IMG/VR virus record: IMGVR_UViG_3300046694_000202
Location: 1 to 64,000 of that record
Length of the DNA: 64,000 nt
Direction: 5' to 3' (one strand)
From: a virus
Each line of letters starts with the position of its first letter. The first letter of the stretch is position 1. The translations under genes were made by a program, and so were the position numbers. Of this stretch, positions 9,782-19,600 are shown piece by piece. Below the pieces are notes generated by a model. That model was given only the letters and a program-made list of their open reading frames with translations. It was not told where the DNA came from and ran no database searches.

Positions 9782-10186
9782 TTAGTGTGCCGACTTGACG
9801 AGCGTCGGGATCAGCTTGAAGTGCTTCGACAGATACGTCAGCACGTGGTCGCCGTGCTCGGCGATGTTCGCCAGCAGCTGCGCTTCCGTGACCGATGCGT
9901 CGAGGGTGCGGCCTTCGGCGATGATGTTGCCTTCGGCGTCCTTGATGGCGGCGATCGTGTGAACGTCCGCGCCCTTGAACAGAAGGCTCGCCACTTGCTT
10001 CAGGGAAGCAGTGCGCTCCGCCACGAACGCTTCGCGAGCCTTCTGTTGGTCCTGGAACTTCGCCTCGTCCGCTGCCGTCCAGTTCGTTGCAGCCTTCGGG
10101 GCGCCGCGCAATGCACGCGGCGACTTACCGTCGTTGCCGCCCTTATTTTTCTTCAGGGCGGTCGCGGTCTTCGTGGTGGATTCCAT
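9782..10186 (-). CDS. Hypothetical protein with basic N-terminus
   Basis: 134-aa ORF with phage-typical codon usage, followed by a terminator. Confidence 0.7.
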   Translation of the reverse strand: MESTTKTATALKKNKGGNDGKSPRALRGAPKAATNWTAADEAKFQDQQKAREAFVAERTASLKQVASLLFKGADVHTIAAIKDAEGNIIAEGRTLDASVTEAQLLANIAEHGDHVLTYLSKHFKLIPTLVKSAH

Positions 10187-10281
10187 CGTTGTGATCTCGT
10201 AGATTGAATAATGGTTAAAACAAGCAGGCCAGTGCTTTAAAACTTCGCTTTAAACCGGGTGGTGACCGGCATTAAAACGAT

Positions 10282-10515
10282 TTACAGCCCAGGGTTCGAC
10301 GCGACTTCGGCGTTGAATGCCTTACCGCGCACGGTGTTACCGCGCAGCTCGTAATCGACTTGAGGGTTTTGAAACTGACGGGCGATGTAAGCTTGAAGCT
10401 CAACGTCCGTCCACGTTTCGGGCATTACTTCAATCGCCTTGACGACCTTATCGGTCGCCGCCTTCAATTGCTCTTTCACGAACTTCTTCTTCTGGGCCAG
10501 TGTCAGGGAAGACAT
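10282..10515 (-). CDS. Hypothetical protein
   Basis: 77 aa, AAGGA SD upstream. Confidence 0.65.
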   Translation of the reverse strand: MSSLTLAQKKKFVKEQLKAATDKVVKAIEVMPETWTDVELQAYIARQFQNPQVDYELRGNTVRGKAFNAEVASNPGL

Positions 10516-10758
10516 TTACTTACATCCTTCGAGGTCTGAATATTACATTACCGATTACTTCCGTGGTGGGGGATTTAATCGGCAACTTGTGTGTTATTTA
10601 CGACATCGGCAATCTTGACCGGGCGGTTAAGTGCTTGACATCGCGATTCGAACTGAATTTCGGGGTCTGTGCGGGTTGACACATACATCGAAGGTTTGAA
10701 TTGTATGGTCAAACCTTCGATCTTTGGGTGTCAACTAGACGATAGTTCCGATTTTGTT

Positions 10759-11490
10759 TCAAATTGTCTCGACATCGCGTTCTTCCCAGTACACGCGTTC
10801 GTTTTCCTCGCGAGCGGCCTGCTCCAGTTTCTCCTTGTATACAGCGAGGATGTTGCTGGCGTTTTCGTATGCCTGCTCCATGTGGTAATCGTCATACGTT
10901 TCTACACCCCACAGCGCATCTTCCAGCTCGGGGTCATCGCTCTCGACGAGATCACCATCTTCATCGGGCAGCATGAGCTTGACGACAACACCAGTGTAGG
11001 ACCACTTGTCTTCGCACCAGCCTTGCAGGTACTCGAAGTCGCGGCGCACGGCCTCGGCCGTGATCTCGCCCTTCGTGAGCGGCTTGCTCGGGTCACGGCC
11101 CGGAACTTCGACCATCTCGTAGGCGGTGATCCGATCCTGCCGGATCCCGTTCTCGACGTGGTACTCGCTCTTCGCCACCCGCTTGAACTTCTTGGGGGCG
11201 AGGCGCTGGATCAGCTCGGCCTTGTGCTCATCGCTCAAGCCCCAGCCGTCGCGCTTGGCCGTCTGCGTGGATTGCTGAACATCGTAGTAACGCTTCAGAT
11301 TACGATCGGATGACAAGACGCGCTCACCGGGGCGCTTATCGCGGCGGGTCCACTCGCTCACCACGCCGTGGCCGTCGCTGCGCTCCCACGGCGCCTCGGC
11401 GTCGTCGTCGTTCTCGAAGCGGACTTTGAAGGTCAGGCCTTCATGTTCGAAGGTGTCGCCGTCATACAGAAACAATTTAGAGCGGTCCAT
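10759..11490 (-). CDS. Acidic hypothetical early protein
   Basis: Start placed at ATG 11490 (MDRSKL). Confidence 0.7.
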   Translation of the reverse strand: MDRSKLFLYDGDTFEHEGLTFKVRFENDDDAEAPWERSDGHGVVSEWTRRDKRPGERVLSSDRNLKRYYDVQQSTQTAKRDGWGLSDEHKAELIQRLAPKKFKRVAKSEYHVENGIRQDRITAYEMVEVPGRDPSKPLTKGEITAEAVRRDFEYLQGWCEDKWSYTGVVVKLMLPDEDGDLVESDDPELEDALWGVETYDDYHMEQAYENASNILAVYKEKLEQAAREENERVYWEERDVETI

Positions 11491-11494
11491 GTTC

Positions 11495-11989
11495 TTATTC
11501 CCCAGTGAATTGGTCGGGCACTTCGACTTCAGCTTTGAAGATCGAGGCCACGTAGCAGCGCATCGCGGCGATCTTTGCGGTCGGTCCATACGTCAGGCTA
11601 TCCACGTAGAACTGATACATCGCGTCATGCTGCTGATGCTCGGTCGATTCGGACCAAGACTGCTGTCCGTGCTCGGCGCACCATACGGGGATGCGGACAT
11701 TGTTGGTGTAGCCTTGCGCGTCCTTGCCCCAGTCGTCATCGCTGCGAATGATGCTGATCCCTTCGCGCTCGATGATGTCCATCGCCTGCAAGGCGTCGAC
11801 GGACGGACAGAAGCGGTGGAAGTGCGGCACAGAGCCAGGGTGGTTCTCGCGCTCGATCCAGAACGGCGTGCCCGGTTCGCGCTGCATGACCTTGATGACG
11901 CGGTCTTCCTTCCACTGCTTGTTGAGTGCGGCGGCGACCGTCCAGTCCAGCGCCGCGCCAATCAGCTCACTTGTTTTGATCTTAGCCAC
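11495..11989 (-). CDS. NinX/DUF2591-like phage protein
   Basis: GTG 11989; KTSELIGAALDW.VA...PS.D...AM.IIER..I...GPT..IAAMRCYVAS pattern. Confidence 0.7.
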   Translation of the reverse strand: MAKIKTSELIGAALDWTVAAALNKQWKEDRVIKVMQREPGTPFWIERENHPGSVPHFHRFCPSVDALQAMDIIEREGISIIRSDDDWGKDAQGYTNNVRIPVWCAEHGQQSWSESTEHQQHDAMYQFYVDSLTYGPTAKIAAMRCYVASIFKAEVEVPDQFTGE

Positions 11990-12317
11990 GGTTCGCCTCT
12001 TCTTGTTTGATGATGCCGGCCGCGACCAGCGCCTTCGGCCACCAGCGCTTGGCGCGGTCGTTGGCCGGGTGGAGGGAGATGTTGCGATAGTCGCCGGTCC
12101 TGAAGTCCATGTCACCATAGGCCGTGACCCAGTCGGGCACGCCACGGCTACAGCTCGGCTCGGCGCCGTAGTACTCGCGTTCGAGCCTGTGGACCAGCTC
12201 GCGGAACGTGAACGGGTCGTCCTGCCAGTCAAAGCCGGTTTCCTCGGCCTCCCCGTGCTCGGCGCTCTCTTCCGTGATGACTTCGAACGTCTGGTGGAAC
12301 TTCATGGGTTCTAGCAT
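11982..12317 (-). CDS. Hypothetical early protein
   Basis: 111 aa, coupled to neighbours. Confidence 0.65.
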   Translation of the reverse strand: MLEPMKFHQTFEVITEESAEHGEAEETGFDWQDDPFTFRELVHRLEREYYGAEPSCSRGVPDWVTAYGDMDFRTGDYRNISLHPANDRAKRWWPKALVAAGIIKQEEANRG

Positions 12318-12326
12318 GATCGCCCC

Positions 12327-13109
12327 TTAAACGTTGCGGTCGAAGAAGTGGCCCTGCTCTTCGTAGAAGCTGTGCTGGAGGTCACCCGTCCAGTAATACT
12401 CCCAGTTGATGTAGCAGAACATCGGGTGGTCCTCCGCGATCTGCCCGGTCTCGACAGCCCACTCCTCGGCGAAGGCCTTGGTGCTCTCGTAGTGGCCGCG
12501 ATACGCGTCGCGGAACTTGTCGACCGTCACGTCCTTGATGTCGCCGCCCTGGCAGTCGTTCACGAAGATCATGAAAGCCTCGATCTCTTCGTCGCTGCTC
12601 AGCTCCCCCAGCTTCTCTTCGAGATCCGCGATCTCCGACATCGACGTGTACTCGCCGATCAGGCCGTTCGGGAAACCTTCGTGGTCGTGGATCGCGTACT
12701 CCTCGGATGCCGGCAGCTTACCGGCGCCGTGGCAGCGCTTGCACACGTCCACCTTGATGCCCTCACCCGTCTGGAACGCTTCGAGTGCGTCGATGCGCGT
12801 CGGGCCGACGTAGTTCATCGCGTCGATGCCCTTCTCGACGACCCAGCGATTGTCGCGGGTCATGTGGATGTCGAAGCCAGCGGTTTCGGCCGCGTTGTCC
12901 AGCTGCTCTTCGAGCGTGTGGTCGCCCTCGCAGTCGGGACACGTGATCATCACGTTCGGGAAACGACTGGTGAGATAAACCTTGTCGCGGATCTCCGCGT
13001 AGAGATCGTCCGCGTCCATGCCTTCGGTTTCAATCCAAGTGCCGTGCAGCACACCGTTGTTATATGACGCGAGACATGCGACGTAGATACGACGTGTGGT
13101 GGTGTCCAT
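12327..13109 (-). CDS. ardA: ArdA-family antirestriction protein (DNA mimic) with an inserted Cys4 module
   Basis: RIYVACLASYNNGVLHGTWI, EEYAIHDHEG, YRGHYES..AFAEE, YINWE; strongly acidic. Confidence 0.88.
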   Translation of the reverse strand: MDTTTRRIYVACLASYNNGVLHGTWIETEGMDADDLYAEIRDKVYLTSRFPNVMITCPDCEGDHTLEEQLDNAAETAGFDIHMTRDNRWVVEKGIDAMNYVGPTRIDALEAFQTGEGIKVDVCKRCHGAGKLPASEEYAIHDHEGFPNGLIGEYTSMSEIADLEEKLGELSSDEEIEAFMIFVNDCQGGDIKDVTVDKFRDAYRGHYESTKAFAEEWAVETGQIAEDHPMFCYINWEYYWTGDLQHSFYEEQGHFFDRNV

Positions 13110-13184
13110 GATGCCTTCCTTGGCAGTAGAAGTGCAAACAGCGCCTTAAAGGCGCTGTCTGTGGTGGTGAGTTAAAGCTGAATT

Positions 13185-13544
13185 CTATGCTGCTTTCTTT
13201 TCTTTCTTGAGAGGGATCAGATAATCATCGCGCGGGCCAGTCATCCAGCGCGGCTGCATACCTCGGCCGCTCCACGTGGTGCCCGACTCCGGATCTTGGT
13301 ACAGGGCCGGGAGTGCCGACTTTGCCTTTTTAGCCGGGAATGTCTTTGTGGCTTTCGGGTCTTTCTTCGACTTGATTTGCTGGACTTTGACAAAGCCCAG
13401 ATCCTGCGCGGTCAAACCATACTCGTTGATGATTTCCATCGCCTTTGCAATACCGATCTTGCGCTCTTCAACTTCAGCAATCTCGGCAAGCCGAGTAAGC
13501 TCGGCGATTTGTTCCATCAACTCTTTGTATGTGGGTTGCGACAT
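13185..13544 (-). CDS. hns: H-NS family nucleoid-associated protein (Burkholderia Bv3F-like)
   Basis: N-terminal TYKEL..QI..L...I.EYGLTAQDLG; C-terminal YQDPESGTTWSGRGMQPRW. Confidence 0.9.
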   Translation of the reverse strand: MSQPTYKELMEQIAELTRLAEIAEVEERKIGIAKAMEIINEYGLTAQDLGFVKVQQIKSKKDPKATKTFPAKKAKSALPALYQDPESGTTWSGRGMQPRWMTGPRDDYLIPLKKEKKAA

Positions 13545-13635
13545 TTACTAGCCCTCTCATGATTCCAGTTTCCGCACTGGAAGGCGCTAACGTTTAATAC
13601 GTTGTGCGGCACCTTACAACAAGTATTCCCCTTAA

Positions 13636-14724
13636 TCAACTAGGGATAGTTTCTTTCTCTGCGACTGCATAACCGCACTCGCGCATCCAGTCGATCACGA
13701 TATTGGCCCAGTCCTCATCGCCCATCGTCCAACCGAAAAGCTCTTCCAGCTTTTCAATTGGGGACATGGCAAGAATTTCCGCGTCTTTACTCGCGTCGGT
13801 TTCGTCCAGCTCTTTGCGCTGGCGGATGATTTGAAGCAGATCAAGTCTCATGGTCTCTCACCAAAAGAAGGTGCCGCTGGTTATAGGTGATTGCTTTCTC
13901 GCATACGTCGACAGGCGGGGAATCACAGGGGTTATCCATCCGAATGCCGCAATACTCGCAGGGTTCCCGGTCGTCCTGCGAGTCCATCTTTGAGAGTTGT
14001 CGCAGCATATCGGCGTGTTGGTCTTTCAGCTGCTCGATGCGGTCTTCAATATCCTCGATGTCCGCTAATAGCTCTTCCCGTTCGTTCACGGTTTCTCGCC
14101 TTCCATAAGAAATAGAACGCCAGTGTAGCTGCACCACACACAGCGGCCAGTGAGAGCGCGTTCGCGATGAACAACCACCACGGCGAGTTCCAGTGGCTCC
14201 AAAGGTTCCAGACCTGGATGAAGATCGCGACCGTCTCGATGGTCCCCGCGAACCAGCAGAGTTGCCGAAAGTTCATCATGTCGAGAACTTGTAGTTATGC
14301 GGCGGGTGTTTCACCGCTAGGTTCGCCGACAGGAGGACGACTCTGTAACCCCGAGCCTCGAAGCCTTCCCGGCCCTTGTATGGCATGTGCGCTGCATCCT
14401 CCAGCAGCGCCTCCCACGCTTCATCCTCGGTGTTGCGCGGGAGCCACCGGATAACTGTGCCGGCCGGTGTCATCGGATACCACTTGTTCATAGTTAATGT
14501 TTCCAAGCCAGAATGATCGCGGCGAGTCCACCCATGAACGTACCAAGGGTTGCCATGACCCCGAGGATGACCGCAAGCCATTTTTCGCGGTCGAGCTTCG
14601 AGCGTTCAGCCTTGAGCTTTTCACTCTCGGCGCGCATTAGATCAGCGGTGGGCTTCAGGTTTTCGGTGGCTCTCATGGTGTGCTCTATCTGGGCGATTTT
14701 GAGTTGGTCATCCAGTCCGCTCAT
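13636..14724 (-). CDS. Cluster of about five small hypothetical genes (13636-13851, 13841-~14090, 14046-14279, 14276-~14490, 14494-14724); two have hydrophobic segments
   Basis: Tiled and overlapping minus-strand ORFs with lower GC; some starts uncertain. Confidence 0.55.
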
Positions 14725-14740
14725 TTATTATGCCCCTGTT

Positions 14741-15421
14741 TTAATGGGAATAAACCAGCTTGTCGTCGCCGAGGTACAGGTCGACGCCGCCATCGGCGTG
14801 CGCCGCTTTCGTCAGTTTCTCGCCGAGACCCCCCGCGTACAACTCGAATCGGTCGAAGAACCCCGCGCCATGATGGTTTCTCGTGAGCCAGTAGTCGTGG
14901 CCGGCGCGCTCAGCGGTGTAGCCGTTGCGCTTGAGCGCTTCGAGCAGCAGCGGCTCGTAGAAGTCGACGAACTGCTTGCAGTCCTCGCGGAACTCGGCTT
15001 TCGTCGACTCAGCGGCCTCGTAGTTGTCCAGCTCGACGTTGTGCATCGGGTCGTCCGGATCCACATCGGTGCTCGACCAGAGCGCCGCCTCCTCGTAGGC
15101 CTGCACGAAGTCCTCGAACCACGCGTCTCGAGGAGTGTCCACAATGTGGACAGCCGGATACTCCTCACGGACGACCTCCAGAGCCTCCCAGCGGTCCTTG
15201 GCGCGGATGAAGAACTCCACGGGGCCTTCGATCTCGGTAGCCCGCCAGAGCGGCCCTCCACCGCCTCCCCAGTAGGCTCCACCCGAGTCATAGTCGCCGT
15301 CGACGAACGGAAGGTGGTGGACCATCAGCTCGATCGGGGCGTCCTGGTCGTCCGCATGAGTGTCACGGCGCCCCATCGGGGCGCCGTATTTGCTGCTGAC
15401 TTCAGACAGTTTGAGCGGCAT
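14741..15421 (-). CDS. Acidic hypothetical early protein
   Basis: Start MPLKL at 15421; YGAPMGR, GDYDSGGAYWG and AGHDYWLTRNHHGAGFFDR blocks. Confidence 0.7.
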   Translation of the reverse strand: MPLKLSEVSSKYGAPMGRRDTHADDQDAPIELMVHHLPFVDGDYDSGGAYWGGGGGPLWRATEIEGPVEFFIRAKDRWEALEVVREEYPAVHIVDTPRDAWFEDFVQAYEEAALWSSTDVDPDDPMHNVELDNYEAAESTKAEFREDCKQFVDFYEPLLLEALKRNGYTAERAGHDYWLTRNHHGAGFFDRFELYAGGLGEKLTKAAHADGGVDLYLGDDKLVYSH

Positions 15422-15422
15422 G

Positions 15423-16082
15423 TCATTCGTCCTCGTCGTCTTCTTCGTCGTTGACCGGCACCAAGCGCTTGCCGGCGAAGTGGTCTGCGAGCGTCTGCTT
15501 GACCTCACGCGCCCCGTTGCGCCATGCGATCGGGTTGATGAAGCCGTTGCACCCGAGCTGCTGCTCGGCTTCCTCGTCGGTCAGTGCAGCGACGCGATCG
15601 GCCATCTTGCCAAGCGCGTCCATGATGAAGAGCTGCACGATCGGGCCGCTCTTCGCGAAGTTCATCAGGTGGGCGACCGCCTCATCGTTCGTGGTGGTAC
15701 GCATCCGTCTTGTAGTTTTCATGATCTCGATCCGTGAGAGTGAAAAGTGCGACCGTCGCACTTAAGAGTGTGTGGTGTACTTCGTGCCGTTCTCGCGGGA
15801 GACAGCCGCCATCGTGAAGCCCTGCGCGGTGCTCGGCGCGTCCGCGTCACGGTAGTTCAGGCAGATCTCGACATCACCCATGTCCTTGCCGATCTGGATG
15901 CCCCCGCGCACGTCCGAGTCCTTCTCGGAGTTGGACATGCCGTACCAGACCATGTAGCCGAGGGCCTTGATGAACTCGTTGTACTGCTGGTCGGACAACT
16001 TCGACTCTTCCAGCGTGTTCGCCGGGAACAGCATCTTGTCGGAGTTGAAGTGAATCTCGATGGTGCGTTTTACGAAGGGCAT
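15423..16082 (-). CDS. Two hypothetical early genes (15423-15722, 15762-16082)
   Basis: Tiled ORFs separated by one copy of the palindrome. Confidence 0.6.
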
Positions 16083-16259
16083 GATCTCAGTCCTTGAGAG
16101 TGACTTCTTCCAGTTGGATTCTCACGTGCTTCACCCGATTCGACTGCTTGCTCTTCATGACGCAGCAGTCATGGTGATTCATCGGGTAGCCCGTGAGGTA
16201 GTACTTGCGGCCGGTGCGCTCGTTGAGCGCGATGATGTGATACATGCGCTCGGTTTCCA

Positions 16260-16631
16260 TTACATCCTCACCCAGTAGGTTGCGCCGCCGAAATCGACTT
16301 GACCGTAGTCCTGCTTGAGCGCGTCAGCTGCCTTGTCCCAGTCGATGTGGTCGCACGGCCACGTGTTGATGACTTCACCGCCGTGGATGCCCTCGGCGTA
16401 CTCTTCGCAATACGCCTTCCAGAACTCATCGTGGATGAGCAGGAACTGCTCCGGGGAGCCAGCGCGGTTGGCCGCGTCAACGAGCAGCATCTGGAGCGAC
16501 TTCAGCTCGTCGGTCATCCATTGCCAGTCGTCGGAGTCGAGCGGCAGCTCTTGGAGCGCCTGCTTCAGCTCGATGATCGCGGCACGCAGATCGTGCGAGC
16601 TGATGGTCTGGTAGTGGTTGTCGATGGTCAT
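16260..16631 (-). CDS. Acidic protein resembling the ArdA C-terminal domain
   Basis: YCEEYAE...WPCDHIDWDKAADALKQDY...GATYW. Confidence 0.55.
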   Translation of the reverse strand: MTIDNHYQTISSHDLRAAIIELKQALQELPLDSDDWQWMTDELKSLQMLLVDAANRAGSPEQFLLIHDEFWKAYCEEYAEGIHGGEVINTWPCDHIDWDKAADALKQDYGQVDFGGATYWVRM

Positions 16632-19600
16632 TCTTGTGTCTCCTCGCGGTAACGGTCTTGTGCTTGCCTCAGCGCGATATGGAAATCCACCTTTTCGCGA
16701 TCACACCAGTGCATGAGGTCGCACAGCAGATCAGCGAGTACGGTTTCATCCTCCTCGTCGCATGACGTGTCGCGCTGGAACTTGCGCAGCGCTTCTTCAG
16801 CCCACGCAGCACGCTCGTCGTTCATGTTTTCCGGATCAGGTGGCAGCGTCTTCACACGGCCTCCTCGATCAGCTTGTCGAGCCTCTTAGCAGCGAAGTCG
16901 TCGACTACCTCGATGTAGTTCTCGCGGCGGTCATCGTCCTGCGGCAGCTCTTCCCAGAACGCGTCGAACTCGCTGGCCCACTGCACGATCAGATCCATCA
17001 GGCCGCGCGTGCCCTCGATGGGTTCGAGGATCTTCTGGCAGATGTCGATGTGCAGCGTGCGCCAGCGGTGGCCGACGTAGAAGCCGATGTCCGCGATGAT
17101 CTCCTGCATCCGCATCGCCTTAGCGAGCTTGGCGCGCTGCACGATCAGCTCACGGTTCAGATCGTCGTACGAGTTCACCGCGTGCTTGATGAACTCTGCG
17201 TGGAAGATCATATCTTCCGTCTTGTCGAACTCGCAGATGACCTGCTCGCCGGGTTCCTTGAGCAGCAGCCCGACGCCGTAGTGGTCGGATTCGCTGAGGA
17301 TGAGTTTCTTCTTGAACGGGTTTGTGGGTGTGAATGACATTAAAGTAGCTCCTCAATTGCGCGAATGGCCCGCATAAGCGGGCCAGCCGAGATTTTTGTG
17401 TTGCGGGATAGGCTGTTGAGAATGTCAGCGCGGCGGATGTAGTCCTGCGTGACATAGTGGGCGATGTATTGTCGCTCACCTATCATCAGCTTCTCAACCT
17501 TTCGATTCGTCTTCGCTGTCGTCATCGGGTTTGTAGTCCAGCATCTTCTGGAAGAACCACGGTTGATAGGGTTCGCCTACTTCGCTGATGCTGTCGAACA
17601 CGAAGGCGAAATCTTCGGTCTCGTAGTGAAACCGCAACGTTGCGGGCCACGCCCACTGGTATGTGAGGATGTACGAGACGCCATCTACCAGCTCGTGCGC
17701 GACGAGCTTATAGCGCTTACCCTTCTTGCTGTAGAAGCGGTTCACGTCGGCGATGTGGTCGTCGTGCATCTCCCAGTCGCGGTTGCGGTTCTCGTCTTCG
17801 AGCCATACCCATGCCTGGACGAAGCAGCCGTCGTCCCCTCGCGAGACCAGCGCGTTGCTGTCGATCTCGATGTTGTCATCGGAACCGAGCGCGTACTTCT
17901 CACGAGCGCGCTGGATCTCCTCTTCGGTGGCTTGTTCTTTTATGCTGTCGTCGTCCATGACCAGAGTCTCCGGTAATAAGCGAAGCGGCGTTGTTTGCGG
18001 TTACGGAGGCGTCGGCGGTCTTCCCGCTTGACGAACTCCGTGTAGCCGTTGAAGTGGTTGCGCATCGTGTGGCGCGAGATGCGGCGGACTTTCATTCCGT
18101 GTCTCCCGAGACCGGCATCTTTGCGGCCAGCTTCCACGTTCCGTCGTGGAAGAGCGTGAGCGCGAGCGGTTCATCGAGACCATCCTGCTGGACCTGAAAG
18201 TTCATCATGAGGTCGTCGGTGTGGTCGCCGTTGTTCACAGCTACGAGATGGAACGCCCACTCGGATTTTGAGTAAGCCAGCATCAGCTTGAGCGCGTCTT
18301 CCGGGACCAGAACGACGGGGATCATTTGTGTGGTGCTCATTCGAGGCTCCCGAAGATACGTTGCATGGCCATGATCTCGGCCGGGTTGTGTTCACGCAGG
18401 TAGTCGAGCGCCTTCTTGTGGTACTCGCTGCCGCCCTTCGCGCACTGCACGACGTACTGCCATGCCTGAACATCCTTCTCGAACACGTCGTCATCGTCAC
18501 AGCACTGGAGCTGGTACGGGCCGTTGTCGGAGCCGTCGCACGTGAAGATAGACCAACCTTCCTTGACGGCTTGCGAGTTGTCGAACTCGGGGATGCGGGG
18601 AATCATGCTGCCACCGCGGCCTTCACCGAGTCGCTATGCCACACGACTTCGGTACGTGCTGCGCCCATGAAGCCGGGAGCGTAGGTCTGGCGCTCGATGT
18701 AGCCCACGGCGCCCTCATTGACCATCTGCGTGGCCCACTTGATGGCGCTCTTTTCGGAAGCAGACTCGCGAACTCGATAGACGCCCTTCTTGGTGGTCAT
18801 GCGGGCGCGATAGATAGCTTTGCTCATTTGATGTTCTCTGTGTGGTGGTGATTACTGTTCGTTGAAAGATGCAAGCTTCTTGCGCAGCTGCGCCTCATCC
18901 TTTGGCAGCATGAAGTCGATGCCGCTGTCACCGTCGATGATGTCGTGAAACAGGGCACCAGTTCCCTCGATGGCTGCTAGAACCGTTTCAGCAGAATCCG
19001 CCTGCACCCAAAACACGCGGTCATCAGTAGCATCGCTGCTGCCGTCGAAGCCAGCCGCCGTTACCTCGAACGATTTGTTCATGGTAGCGACGCCTCGATC
19101 TCGTCTGCGAGATCATTCGCGCCTTTCATGAGTTCGCGGAAGCGCGGCGTATCGGTGTGGTCGCAGATCACGTCCCAGCCGTCGTTGCCGTAGACGAGGT
19201 ACACGTCGCCGACGCGCTTCACGGTCACGCCGTCATCGACGCTGAAGACCAGCCGCTCGTCGTCGGTAGCAAACATCTCGGCGAGAATCGCGTCCTTGTC
19301 CGTGCTCAGAAGGATCTCGTAGCTGTCGCCGCCGTTGTCGACGGAAACCTTGAGGCCCGAGGCGAGCGCGTCCTCGACCAGCTTCGTGACGATGCGGCGC
19401 TCGATGGCTTGGCGTTCTTGTACGTTCATCACCAGATCTCTCCCATACGGTCTTTGTAGACTTCCAGAATTGCGGCGTGGTTCTTGATGTCTCCCTCGCG
19501 GTACATGAAGCGGACCAGCTCGTCGACCATCCAGAGGTTGTGCAGCAGGTCGCTGTGATAGTGCGCCCCTTCATCACTCCAGCGGGCGCCAGTGCAGAGG

